55,570 bases of DNA from a bacterium (GTDB lineage Bacteria > Patescibacteriota > Minisyncoccia > Minisyncoccales > CG1-02-41-26), in contig JAGGXV010000022.1 of the NCBI GenBank assembly GCA_021162885.1, positions 1-55,570 of the forward strand, read 5' to 3'. How positions within the stretch are numbered: position 1 is the stretch's first letter; the number at the start of each line of letters is the position of its first letter. A model generated the notes under the pieces. It did no database searches, was not told the DNA's origin, and saw nothing but the letters and a program-made list of their open reading frames with translations. Positions 17,988 through 27,685 of this stretch are shown piece after piece. A program made the translations under genes and the position numbers.

Positions 17988-18931
17988 TAAATAAACTTAA
18001 TTAATTTTCTCATCTCCCCAAATTTATCTGGCGAATTTAAAATAACATTTATTAAATAACTTCCTGGCTTTTTACCTTTTAAAATTTCCAACAGACATCC
18101 CCCCGCTCGCTCGGTATAACCGGTTTTTCCAGCAATTATTTCTGGAATTTCTCTTAGTAATTTATTGGTGTTTTCCAAAGTATGATGAAAAACTCCATTT
18201 TCCAAATAAAGAGGATACTCTTTTTTAGAAAGAATATCTAAAATTTCCGGGTGTTTTGTCAATAAATATTTAGTTAATTTTACTAAATCTTTTGCTGTTG
18301 AATAATTTATCGGTTGAGCGGTCTCTGTAGGGTCCAAACCAGTTGGGTTGAAAAACCAGGTATTTTCCAGTCCTATATCTTTTGCTTTAAGATTCATCAA
18401 ATCTCGGAATCCTTCAGGTCCAATTATTTCACTCAAAGCAAAAGCAGCATCGTTGCTTGATTCAATTAGCATAATATAAAGAAGGTCTTTAACTCGCAAA
18501 ATTTCCCCAACTTTTAAATTTCCATTTTCCTCCGCTTGACCAACAGCAGTTTTTGAAATTTGAATTCGGAGAGAAGGTTGATAGAATTCCAAAGCAACGA
18601 TTGCTGTCATAAGTTTGCTAATACTGGCTATTGGCATTTTCTGATTTTCTGCTCGACTAAAAAGAACCCTTTCTCTTCCTTGTTTGTCTATCTCAACAGA
18701 TATTACGCTTTCTGCTTCAATTTGAAAATTTCCAGTTTTTTTCTCTTCTCTCTCTTTAATTTTTGAAATATAATTTTGATAAATCTTGGCAGTAAACAAG
18801 GAAGGTGGATTTTTTTCAATTTGAATTGAATAAAAATAATTTTCCAGATTCTCTTGCAAAACATTCACTCCCCACCAAAAAGGAAGGCTCAGCAAAAAAA
18901 CAATTAAGAAAAATTTGATGTTTTTGCTCAT
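17984..18931 (-). CDS. D-Ala-D-Ala carboxypeptidase (S11)
   Basis: PIASISKLMT (SxxK), SSND (SxN), NPTGL, GKTG. Confidence 0.93.
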   Translation of the reverse strand: MSKNIKFFLIVFLLSLPFWWGVNVLQENLENYFYSIQIEKNPPSLFTAKIYQNYISKIKEREEKKTGNFQIEAESVISVEIDKQGRERVLFSRAENQKMPIASISKLMTAIVALEFYQPSLRIQISKTAVGQAEENGNLKVGEILRVKDLLYIMLIESSNDAAFALSEIIGPEGFRDLMNLKAKDIGLENTWFFNPTGLDPTETAQPINYSTAKDLVKLTKYLLTKHPEILDILSKKEYPLYLENGVFHHTLENTNKLLREIPEIIAGKTGYTERAGGCLLEILKGKKPGSYLINVILNSPDKFGEMRKLIKFIY

Positions 18932-18950
18932 TCTTTCGTATTGTTAAATA

Positions 18951-20348
18951 TTATTTTGATTTGATTATTTTAATGCCCAATTCCTTTAACTGTTTCTCGT
19001 CAACCTCAGAAGGAATGTTCATCATTAAATCTCGGTTGTCACCTGTTTTGGGAAAAGCAATGACTTCCCGAATATTAGGCTCTGGCAACAAAATAGCTAA
19101 AAATCTTTCGATTCCTAGGGCTATTCCACCGTGAGGAGGAACTCCATATGAAAATGCTTCAAAGTAATGAGGAAACTGTTTTTTGACTTTCTCTGGTTTA
19201 TGTCCCAAAACCTCAAAAACCGCCAACAAGATATCCAAATTGGTAGTTCTGATACTTCCTCCTCCAATTTCAAAGCCATTTAAAACAAGGTCATATTGGA
19301 AGGCCAAAATTTTTTTAGGGCAAGTTTTGATTTCTTTAATATCCTCTGTTTGAGGTTTGGTAAATGGATGATGCTGAGCCCCCCATTTTTTTTCTTTTTC
19401 GTGCCACTCAAACATTGGAAAATCTATTACAAAACAAAAAGCCAACTCATTTTGGTCTTTTTTGTTTCTGCGAACATCGGGCTTATCAGATTTGTATTTT
19501 TTTATTGCTTCAGCCCAACTAATTCGAGGAAATGGGGTTTTCTGAATTTTCTTTTCCGGAAATATTTTTTTTACCAAAGAAACATACAATTTTTCCACCA
19601 AATCTAAAATTTCTTCTTGGGTGACAAAACTCATCTCAATATCCAACTGGGTATGTTCTGCCTGTCGGTCAGCCCTTGGGTCTTCGTCCCTTAGACACTT
19701 TGCAATTTGGAAATATCTTTCAATGCCTGCAACTTGTAAAAGCTGTTTATATTGCTGGGGGCTTTGAGGAAGAGCATAGAACTTTCCTTGATAAATACGG
19801 GAGGGAACCAGAAAATCCCTTGCCCCTTCGGGAGTAGCTTTGGTTAGAATCGGAGTTTCAACTTCTAAAAAACCTTTTTTTTGCAAAAAATTCCTCATAA
19901 ACTGGATAACTTTTTGGCGTATCTCTAAGTTTCTTTGGAGCCTCGGTCTTCTCAAATCTAAATAGCGATATTTTAATCTTTTTTCTTCTTTGATTTCATA
20001 ACCGTCATTTTCAATTGAAAAGGGCAAGGTTTTTGCTTGAGAAAAAACTTTAAGTTGAGAACCCTTCACTTCTATGTTTCCTGTTTCAATTTTGGGATTT
20101 TCCATTCCTTTGGGTCTTTTTCCAACTTCTCCTATTACTTCAATCACCCACTCTGGCCGTAATTTTTGGGCCAATTCGTAAATTTTTGATTTTAGGTCTG
20201 GGGTAAACACTATTTGCACCATTCCCGACCTGTCTCTTAAATCAATAAAGATAATCTTTCCATGGTCCCTTCTTGAATTGACCCAACCACAAACTCGAAC
20301 TACTTTACCAATTTGCTCAGTTGTTTCTTTAACTAAAACTCTTTTCAT
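18951..20348 (-). CDS. aspS: Aspartate--tRNA ligase (short form lacking most of the GAD insert)
   Basis: RDHG, FIDLRD, PEGARDFLVP, LPQSPQ, HHPFT, GGGSIR, PPHGGIALG. Confidence 0.96.
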   Translation of the reverse strand: MKRVLVKETTEQIGKVVRVCGWVNSRRDHGKIIFIDLRDRSGMVQIVFTPDLKSKIYELAQKLRPEWVIEVIGEVGKRPKGMENPKIETGNIEVKGSQLKVFSQAKTLPFSIENDGYEIKEEKRLKYRYLDLRRPRLQRNLEIRQKVIQFMRNFLQKKGFLEVETPILTKATPEGARDFLVPSRIYQGKFYALPQSPQQYKQLLQVAGIERYFQIAKCLRDEDPRADRQAEHTQLDIEMSFVTQEEILDLVEKLYVSLVKKIFPEKKIQKTPFPRISWAEAIKKYKSDKPDVRRNKKDQNELAFCFVIDFPMFEWHEKEKKWGAQHHPFTKPQTEDIKEIKTCPKKILAFQYDLVLNGFEIGGGSIRTTNLDILLAVFEVLGHKPEKVKKQFPHYFEAFSYGVPPHGGIALGIERFLAILLPEPNIREVIAFPKTGDNRDLMMNIPSEVDEKQLKELGIKIIKSK

Positions 20349-21550
20349 TTTTTTACTTTTATTTTAATAAATTTTCTTTTGCCAACCTGCACTATCATAT
20401 TATTTCTAATTTTAATTTTTTCTTGCCAATCGGTTTTTAATTTGCCATCAATTTTAACACCCTTTTCCAAAACCAATCTTTTAGCTTGACTCTTGGAAGA
20501 AGCCAAACCCGTTTGAAAAATCAAATCCAAAATATTGAGAATTTTCTTTGAAGTTCTAAAAACTGGAATTTTTGAAGGTAATTTTTTCTTTCGAAAAACT
20601 TTCTCAAACTCTCTTTCTGCTTTTTGAGCCGCTCTTTCCCCATGATACAATTTTACAATTTCTTTTGCCAATGTTGCTTTGGCGTCTCTGGGATTTAATT
20701 TCTTTTGTTTCAGACTTCTTTTTATTTTATCTACTTCCTTTAAAGGAATTTTAGTGCACAATTCGAAATATTCTCCAATTAGTTCATCTTTCATTGACAT
20801 AATTTTTCCATACATTTCATTTGGTTCGTCCACAATATTTATCACATTACCCCAGCTCGTTGACATTTTTCTACCATCTAATCCATGTATCATTTTTAGA
20901 GTCATAATATCTTGAGGTTTTTGATTAAACATTTTTTGAATATCTCTCCCCACTTTTAAATTAAAAAGCTGGTCAAATCCTCCAATTTCAACATCTGCTT
21001 GGACTTGGACCGAATCATATCCCTGTAAAATGGGATAAAATAATTCGTGTATTCCGATTGGTTTGCCGCCCTCCCATCTTTGTTTAAAATTTCTTCTCTG
21101 TATCATTTGTTGAGCGGTGAATTTCATACAGAGCCCGAGAATATCTTTAAGTTTTAATCGCTCCAACCACTCTGAATTCCGATGTATCTCTACTTTCTTT
21201 AGGTCTAAAATTTTCCCAATCTGCTTTCTATAAGTTTTTAGATTTTCTTGGATTTCTTTTTTGGTTAAAGGTTTTCTCATCGAAGTTTTGTCTGAAGCAT
21301 CTCCAATTTGAGCAGTAAAATCACCAATAATTAAGACAATCTTATGGCCTAATTCTTGAAATGCTTTAAGTTTCCAAAGTTGGCTTGCTCTTCCAATATG
21401 AATTTTAGGTCCGGTTGGGTCAATTCCATGTTTAATCCTCAATCTTTTCCCAGATTTTAATTTTTTCAGCAAATTTTCTTTTTCAATAATTTCCTCAACT
21501 CCTCTTTCCAACAACTCTTTTATTTTTTGGAGGCTGCTATTTATTTTCAT
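20345..21550 (-). CDS. tyrS: Tyrosine--tRNA ligase
   Basis: GIDPTGPKIHIG, QGYDS, GGFDQLFN, KMSTS, C-terminal S4 domain (QVGKRKF). Confidence 0.97.
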   Translation of the reverse strand: MKINSSLQKIKELLERGVEEIIEKENLLKKLKSGKRLRIKHGIDPTGPKIHIGRASQLWKLKAFQELGHKIVLIIGDFTAQIGDASDKTSMRKPLTKKEIQENLKTYRKQIGKILDLKKVEIHRNSEWLERLKLKDILGLCMKFTAQQMIQRRNFKQRWEGGKPIGIHELFYPILQGYDSVQVQADVEIGGFDQLFNLKVGRDIQKMFNQKPQDIMTLKMIHGLDGRKMSTSWGNVINIVDEPNEMYGKIMSMKDELIGEYFELCTKIPLKEVDKIKRSLKQKKLNPRDAKATLAKEIVKLYHGERAAQKAEREFEKVFRKKKLPSKIPVFRTSKKILNILDLIFQTGLASSKSQAKRLVLEKGVKIDGKLKTDWQEKIKIRNNMIVQVGKRKFIKIKVKK

Positions 21551-21599
21551 AGATATCCTCTCTTTTAGTTAATTTTACTCAAACTTATTAAAAAAGCAA

Positions 21600-21631
21600 T
21601 CACCCCCCGCCAAAGCATTGGTGAGGGGTGA
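21600..21631. repeat. REP-like GC-rich hairpin
   Basis: TCACCCCCCGCCAA-AGCA-TTGGTGAGGGGTGA. Confidence 0.55.
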
Positions 21632-21662
21632 GGATTAAATCAACCAGAAATTAAATTCTAAA

Positions 21663-21821
21663 TTAAACTCTGGGAGGACTTTCTTGTTTTTCTTCTTCCG
21701 AAACTGAAGGCGTTGATGCACTTTCTCCACCTTCTTTCTTCTTCGATTTTAAATACCAAGCCACAAACCCAATTACAGCCACAACCAGAATTGCCCAAAA
21801 TAACCAATAAAGAGTTCCCAT
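21663..21821 (-). CDS. 52-aa single-pass membrane protein (not in ORF track)
   Basis: MGTLYWLFWAILVVAVIGFVAWYLKSKKKEGG...PPRV: TM helix, positive-inside cluster, acidic tail; TTGACA-N16-TAAAAT promoter upstream. Confidence 0.7.
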   Translation of the reverse strand: MGTLYWLFWAILVVAVIGFVAWYLKSKKKEGGESASTPSVSEEEKQESPPRV

Positions 21822-21901
21822 AGGCGATAAATATATTAATTAATCTGAAATGAGACCTTTAATATATTTTATACCCCTACTTTCCATTGTCAAATTTCAT
21901 C

Positions 21902-21910
21902 TGTGGATAA
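21902..21910 (-). promoter_or_regulatory. Single perfect DnaA box
   Basis: TGTGGATAA on + = TTATCCACA on -, just upstream of a -35 element. Confidence 0.45.
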
Positions 21911-23281
21911 CTATTTAAACTCTTTAATTATCTCATAGATGTTCCCCGCGCCCATGACAATAACTATTTCCCCGCCTTTCAAACTCTTTTTTAAGTAGTT
22001 TACTATCTCCGTTTTTGGCAAATAATGAGTATAACTTTTGCCAATTGCTTCAACTAATTTTTTTGAGTCCACCTTTTTTTTAAGGTTTTTTACTTCTCTT
22101 CCCGCAACATCATAAATATCAGTGATAATCAATTTGTCGATGGGAGCTTTTCTAAAAACTTTGACAAAATCTCGGAACAAATAAAATGTCCTTTGATATT
22201 GATGGGGCTGAAAAATGCACCAGATTTCTTTTTGAAGATATTTTTCCCGAGCCGTTTTAAGAGTTGCGGCAATCTCAGTTGGGTGATGAGCATAATCGCT
22301 GATAATTTTCAATTTACAATTTTCAATTTTCAAATCTTTTTCTTCAAATCTTCGCCAGGCACCCTTGTATTCCGATAAAACCTTAAAAGAAATTTTGTCA
22401 GGAATTTTTAAAACCCGAGCACAAGTTAAAGCGGCCAAAGCATTTAAAACATTATGCTCCCCCGGCACTTTAAGCATTTGCCTAAGTTTTTGTTTTTCTT
22501 TAATTTTATTTTTTTGAAAATTGAAAATTGAAAATTGAAAATTGAAAATTATCTTTTGGATATTCCTATCTTTCCCATTTGCTATTAATACTCCATCCCT
22601 TGGCAAATGCCCAATAAATTCTCTATAAGTCCGGAGGATATGAGCCATATTTTTGTAATAATCAAGATGCTCCCTTTCAATATTGGTCAAAATAATAATT
22701 TTTGGGAAATAATTTAAAAAAGAGGCCTGCCACTCATCGGCCTCAATTACTAAAATCGCACAACCCCGCGGAACAACGCGCGAAAACCCACGGAAGGTAG
22801 GTTTTCCCATTCTAAAATTGCTATTTCCGAACTCTCTTAATTTCGTCCCTAAAATTACAGTTGGGTCCAACCCGGCTTTAATTAGAATTAAGCTGAGTAT
22901 TGCTGTCACTGTGCTTTTGCCATGAGTTCCTGCCACCGCAATGGTAAAATATTGTTTTGTTAGTTTTCCCAAAGCTTGAGGATAAGATAGACACTTGATA
23001 CCTAAGTTTTTGGCCAGTTTTAATTCTGGGTGATTTTTAGGGACTGCTGGTGAATAAATGATCAGGTCAGATTGTTTAATAAATTTTTGAATTTTAATTT
23101 GTAATTTTGATTTTTGATATTTGATATTTGATATTATTATCTTTGCTCCTTTTTTCTTCAAAAAATCGGTAATTTCGCTCTTTGTCAAATCAGAGCCACT
23201 AACTTGGTGTCCCTTAGCCAAATAATACTGAGCCAAAGCCGAAACCCCGATTCCTCCAATACCAATAAAATGAATTTTCAT
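21911..23281 (-). CDS. murC: UDP-MurNAc--L-Ala ligase carrying several repeat-derived insertions
   Basis: IHFIGIGGIG, GTHGKST, EADE, EHLDYY, GEHN, RRFE, DYAHHPTE, FQPH, GAG. Confidence 0.96.
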   Translation of the reverse strand: MKIHFIGIGGIGVSALAQYYLAKGHQVSGSDLTKSEITDFLKKKGAKIIISNIKYQKSKLQIKIQKFIKQSDLIIYSPAVPKNHPELKLAKNLGIKCLSYPQALGKLTKQYFTIAVAGTHGKSTVTAILSLILIKAGLDPTVILGTKLREFGNSNFRMGKPTFRGFSRVVPRGCAILVIEADEWQASFLNYFPKIIILTNIEREHLDYYKNMAHILRTYREFIGHLPRDGVLIANGKDRNIQKIIFNFQFSIFNFQKNKIKEKQKLRQMLKVPGEHNVLNALAALTCARVLKIPDKISFKVLSEYKGAWRRFEEKDLKIENCKLKIISDYAHHPTEIAATLKTAREKYLQKEIWCIFQPHQYQRTFYLFRDFVKVFRKAPIDKLIITDIYDVAGREVKNLKKKVDSKKLVEAIGKSYTHYLPKTEIVNYLKKSLKGGEIVIVMGAGNIYEIIKEFK

Positions 23282-23409
23282 AATTTTAGGTATTCAATAA
23301 GGTAAAAATAACTTTTTCTTAAAGTTTCATTCTCAATTTAAATCATAAGCTAATTTTCTCAAAAATAAAAGGGCTAAGTTGACTAATTCAAATAAACCCT
23401 GTATTCTAT

Positions 23410-24276
23410 ATGAACAAAAGGCTATTTCGATTGAGAACAAATATGAGGAACAAAATAACTACTTTTAGAAAGATTGCTAAGTCATTAAACTCACATTGTG
23501 CTACTTTAATAGGAAGTTCTTTTGATCCATTTGGCTCCTATTATTTTCGGCTTTTGAATTGGGCCTCTCAACAATCCAGACCATTGGTAGCAATAGTCCA
23601 TCCTGATGAAATGATTAGTATTCGAAGAAGTTTTGTTCTACCCTCAGAAAATCAATATAAACGGGTAAAAAATATTGCAAAATTAAATTTTGTAGATTAT
23701 GTCATTCTATCGCGGAAATTAGCTCACGATCCATGGTGTCTAAAAGCGTTAAGACCAAAATTTGTAATATTTCAGCATGATAATCCAGTCTATCATAAGA
23801 AACTTTTTTCTGTTTTGTCGCAATACTTTCCACAGGTTCATTTTAAGGTTGCACCTTTTAAACAAGAGAGAAATTTTCAATCCCAAGCTGTTTCCTTATC
23901 ATCAGCGAGAAATATATTTAAAGATTATCGGAATAAAATTTGTAAAAGATTAATATTGCTGGCCAAAAAAAGTGAAGCCCAAATCGGCAAAATATCTGCC
24001 ATCTTAACTTATGAAGACAAAATTGTAGCTGAGGCTTATAATTCAGACAAAGGAGAACATGCCGAGATTTTACTTTTAAGCCAGAATCGATTAAATAAAA
24101 CCCTCGACAAATATTCACTTTATGTACTTATTCCACCTTGTATAATGTGCGCGGAAGCCATTTTCCGTTCCAATATAAAAAAAGTATATTATCTATATAA
24201 CTATGGCGATAACCTAGGAATTAAATACCTGAAAAGTAAAGGTGTATCTATCAAAAAATATATTGGAAAGAGATGA
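23410..24276 (+). CDS. Cytidylyltransferase-like domain fused to a Zn-dependent (cytidine/CMP-type) deaminase (start may be 23443)
   Basis: N-terminal GSSFDPF...VDYV...LRPK resembles the HIGH-class CTP transferase fold; C-terminal HAE and PCIMC deaminase motifs. Confidence 0.75.
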   Translation: MNKRLFRLRTNMRNKITTFRKIAKSLNSHCATLIGSSFDPFGSYYFRLLNWASQQSRPLVAIVHPDEMISIRRSFVLPSENQYKRVKNIAKLNFVDYVILSRKLAHDPWCLKALRPKFVIFQHDNPVYHKKLFSVLSQYFPQVHFKVAPFKQERNFQSQAVSLSSARNIFKDYRNKICKRLILLAKKSEAQIGKISAILTYEDKIVAEAYNSDKGEHAEILLLSQNRLNKTLDKYSLYVLIPPCIMCAEAIFRSNIKKVYYLYNYGDNLGIKYLKSKGVSIKKYIGKR

Positions 24277-25913
24277 ATTACCAACCTATTTCAAAAAATA
24301 CAATAGTAGTTGGAGTAAACGAGGGACATGATGGAGGAGCAGCCATAGTGGTAGATGGGATTGTCCGATGTGCTATTTCAGAAGAAAAGTTAAATCGCAA
24401 GAAATACTCTCCTGGTTATTTAAATTCTTTCTTTTATTGTTTAAACGCTCTTAATTTAAAAGTAAAAGATATCTCTTTGATAGTATTTAGCAATTACGGA
24501 AAAAGACTTCCCGAACACTACCAAGGAATGTTGAAATCCTTAGGAATTCCTCCTAAAAAATTTATAACCGCCGATCACCATTTATCCCATGCATTTGGAG
24601 CTTACTTTTTATCTCCCTTTGATGAAGCTTTAATTCTTGTTATTGATGGACAAGGAAATGGAAATGACACTGAGAGTTATTACATTGGGGAAGGTCAAAG
24701 AATTGAGAAAATAGGAGGAAACTCGCCAAACCAAGTCCCGGCGAAAGGAATTGGAAGAACATACGAGGCATTTACAAATTTTCTCGGTTGGATTGATCAA
24801 GAAGCCGGAAAAACAATGGCTTTAGCAGCTTACGGAGATGCTTCAAAAATATCAATTCCTCTCTTTAGATTGAAAGGGTTGAAAGTTATAGGAGCTTTAG
24901 ATTATAAATATGAAAGAGGAGTTATTGAGTTTGCTAAACGATATTCCTTGGATTTCGGTCCTTCATATAGCCGTGGTAATAATCCAAAATCTATAGATGT
25001 TGCTGCCTATGTCCAAAAGGAAGTTGAAAGAATTTTGATTGAATTAATTACTAAACTGGTAGAAAACACAGGTAAAAGAAAATTATGCTATGCAGGGGGT
25101 GTAGCGCTTAATTGTGTTGCTAATTATAAACTTTTCCAAAAAAGAATTGTTGATGATATTTTTATTTTACCAGCGGCCTCCGATAAAGGCCAAGCTATTG
25201 GAAACGCTCTTTATGGTTTCTACAAATTAGAAGGTTATATTCCACGACAACCATTAAGAAATGACTATTTTGGAAGAGAATATTCAGAAAAAGAAATCCT
25301 CTCGGTTCTCAAAGGAGAAAAAGTATACATAGAAAAACACATACCTACTCAACGCCAATTTTTATTTGAAAGACAGAACTCTATTCCAAAAACAGCGGCC
25401 CAACTTTTAGCTGATGGCAAAATAATCGGATGGTTTCAAGGTGGTAGTGAACTGGGGCCGAGAGCACTTGGTCATCGAAGTATTTTGTGTGACCCCAGAA
25501 ATATAAAGTTAAAAAATCAATTAAATGAAAAAATTAAACATCGAGAGTGGTTTCGTCCTTTTGCGCCGAGTTGTCTGTTAGAAAAAACACCAGAATATTT
25601 TGCATACGACAACTCTTTTCCCTACATGCTTTTTGCTCTACCAGTAAAATCTGATAAAAAAACTAAAATACCAGCTGTTATCCATATAAACGGTACTTCA
25701 AGAATTCAAACCGTAACTAAAGAAGATAATGATATATTTTTCGATCTTATTAAAGAATTTTATAATATAACCGGAATCCCTATGATATTAAATACTTCTT
25801 TTAATAGTCAAGAACCTATTGTAGAAACCCCCGAACACGCTTTATCAACTTTTTTAAAAACTGAGATGGATTATTTAGCTATTAACGACTTTTTAGTATG
25901 GAAAAAGAAATGA
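24273..25913 (+). CDS. Carbamoyltransferase (NodU/CmcH/TobZ family)
   Basis: HDGGAA, EEKLNRKK, HHLSHA, DGQG, GKTMALAAYG, AGGVALNC, GPRALGHRSIL, KHREWFRPFAP, LNTSFN. Confidence 0.95.
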   Translation: MNYQPISKNTIVVGVNEGHDGGAAIVVDGIVRCAISEEKLNRKKYSPGYLNSFFYCLNALNLKVKDISLIVFSNYGKRLPEHYQGMLKSLGIPPKKFITADHHLSHAFGAYFLSPFDEALILVIDGQGNGNDTESYYIGEGQRIEKIGGNSPNQVPAKGIGRTYEAFTNFLGWIDQEAGKTMALAAYGDASKISIPLFRLKGLKVIGALDYKYERGVIEFAKRYSLDFGPSYSRGNNPKSIDVAAYVQKEVERILIELITKLVENTGKRKLCYAGGVALNCVANYKLFQKRIVDDIFILPAASDKGQAIGNALYGFYKLEGYIPRQPLRNDYFGREYSEKEILSVLKGEKVYIEKHIPTQRQFLFERQNSIPKTAAQLLADGKIIGWFQGGSELGPRALGHRSILCDPRNIKLKNQLNEKIKHREWFRPFAPSCLLEKTPEYFAYDNSFPYMLFALPVKSDKKTKIPAVIHINGTSRIQTVTKEDNDIFFDLIKEFYNITGIPMILNTSFNSQEPIVETPEHALSTFLKTEMDYLAINDFLVWKKK

Positions 25914-25932
25914 TAATTTATAGAATTTAATT

Positions 25933-26379
25933 ATGAGATTTCCAAATCAAGTTTCAGTATACTGCTTATTTTGTGAAACTGGAAGAAATTTTTATATTCT
26001 TGCAAAGCGAAATAAAAAACGAGGCGGTTTTTGGCAACCCATTACAGGTGGTGAAGAAGATATTGATAAAGGAGATTTGTTCCAGACAGTAATCCGAGAA
26101 ACAAAAGAAGAGCTTGGTATTGAGATTACTAAAAAGCAAATTTGGAAAATTCCATATTCTTTTCAATTTATAGACAAAGATGGCGTTCAAAGGACTGAAT
26201 ACTGTTTTGGAGTAGTTCTTACATCAAAACAAAAAGAGAAAATTCGCTTATCTAAAGAGCATACAGCAATTATTTATGGAACTGACGTAGAATATCTGAA
26301 GTCTCTTCTTAAATTCGAGGAAAATCGTATAGCGTTAGACAAATTTTATCAATGGGCAAAAACCAACCTAAAAGATTAG
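25933..26379 (+). CDS. NUDIX hydrolase (NudB-like)
   Basis: FWQPITGG...VIRETKEELG Nudix box; LSKEH. Confidence 0.9.
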   Translation: MRFPNQVSVYCLFCETGRNFYILAKRNKKRGGFWQPITGGEEDIDKGDLFQTVIRETKEELGIEITKKQIWKIPYSFQFIDKDGVQRTEYCFGVVLTSKQKEKIRLSKEHTAIIYGTDVEYLKSLLKFEENRIALDKFYQWAKTNLKD

Positions 26380-27068
26380 AAATCAAACTTCCTAAATCAT
26401 TACAAACCTCTATTCGAGATGGATATATAATTTCCATTATTCAGTTTGGGTCTTCTCTTCGTAGAGTGAATTATCATGACATTGACCTTGCAATTGTGGT
26501 TAAAAGTGGTTGCTACGAAAAATTCGTTAGAAAAATATATGGGAAAAACTTTAATGGTTTTGATATCTCTCTCATTAAAGAGGAGGAGGTTCAAGGAGCC
26601 AAAAAATTTCGATTTGGTAGTCACGGAGCACACTTTCTTTATTCCTTAATCAACGGGAAAGTGCTATATGGAATAAATCCTTTCCGTAAATACAGAGTCA
26701 CAAAACGGCAAATAAAAGATTCTATAATCCCACCACTTTATAATTACATAGAAGACGTTAGAAGAGCGATATTCGAGGGTAAAATCAAAAAGAGCATTAA
26801 ACAACGTTGGCCAAAATTCCTTAGATTATCCCTTTATTTAATAGATCCCGATTTGAAATATTTCGAGGCCCTCAATTTGAGGGAACATAAATTAAAAATC
26901 TATCTGAATAAATATCAGATAAAAGTAAATATTCAACCAAAAAGACCTGAAAACTTACTTATCGCTTACGAAACCATTTGGGAGGAAGTGTTAAAAAAAT
27001 ACAAACTGCTTTCTTCTCCAAAATATTCAAAAAAAATGGTTAGGTTTCTGAGCCTAACCATTTCGTAA
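26352..27068 (+). CDS. Pol-beta-like nucleotidyltransferase with helical C-terminal domain
   Basis: FGSS...DIDL motif. Confidence 0.75.
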   Translation: MGKNQPKRLEIKLPKSLQTSIRDGYIISIIQFGSSLRRVNYHDIDLAIVVKSGCYEKFVRKIYGKNFNGFDISLIKEEEVQGAKKFRFGSHGAHFLYSLINGKVLYGINPFRKYRVTKRQIKDSIIPPLYNYIEDVRRAIFEGKIKKSIKQRWPKFLRLSLYLIDPDLKYFEALNLREHKLKIYLNKYQIKVNIQPKRPENLLIAYETIWEEVLKKYKLLSSPKYSKKMVRFLSLTIS

Positions 27069-27653
27069 ATTGGTTGTGCATTCTTTGATAAAAGAAAACA
27101 CACATTTGCTGACTTGTATAAGTTCCCCCTTTTTATTTTCAAACACTTTGATGGGGATTTTAAGTTGTTTCGCTTGGGAAAAGGCTGTTCGGAGTTCTAT
27201 TTCTTGGTGGGAAGCGATTTTGTTAAGATCAAAGAAGTTGCGATCTGGTCGAGAAGATAATTCACGTACACGTCGAGCAAGGATAGTTTCAGGGCTTGCT
27301 ATGACTACCACAAATGCTAGCATTTGAATTTCGTCTCCGGATTTATAGGGCCGGATGAAGTAGGTTCCATTCTCTTTGAGATAAGCAAAATGATCGTCTC
27401 TAATTCGTATTGTTTTTGGTTCTTTCCGATCTAATTCGGAAAAATAAGCTACCATCCGTTCACGTGCTTCTGACCGAACTTCTTCTGGCAAAAGTTGATA
27501 TTCATCTGCGGATGTCACCCCAGTAAGTTGGTATAACATTTTTCTTTCTTCCATACCTTGAAGAGGAAACCCTGTTTTCCTAGCAAATTTTATTATCGCT
27601 CTGATGAGAGTTGTTTTTCCAACACCAGGAACTCCACCAATATAGACAAACAC
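27054..27653 (-). CDS. P-loop nucleoside monophosphate kinase (archaeal adenylate kinase-like)
   Basis: GGVPGVGKTT, DDH, ASPETILARR; GGAGGTG SD. Confidence 0.8.
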   Translation of the reverse strand: MFVYIGGVPGVGKTTLIRAIIKFARKTGFPLQGMEERKMLYQLTGVTSADEYQLLPEEVRSEARERMVAYFSELDRKEPKTIRIRDDHFAYLKENGTYFIRPYKSGDEIQMLAFVVVIASPETILARRVRELSSRPDRNFFDLNKIASHQEIELRTAFSQAKQLKIPIKVFENKKGELIQVSKCVFSFIKECTTNLRNG

Positions 27654-27685
27654 TTTTTCACCTCCATCATTTTTCCACTATATTA

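Noticed and set aside
21902..21910. Replication origin
   Set aside because: Only one DnaA box was noticed; no cluster and no dnaA/dnaN nearby
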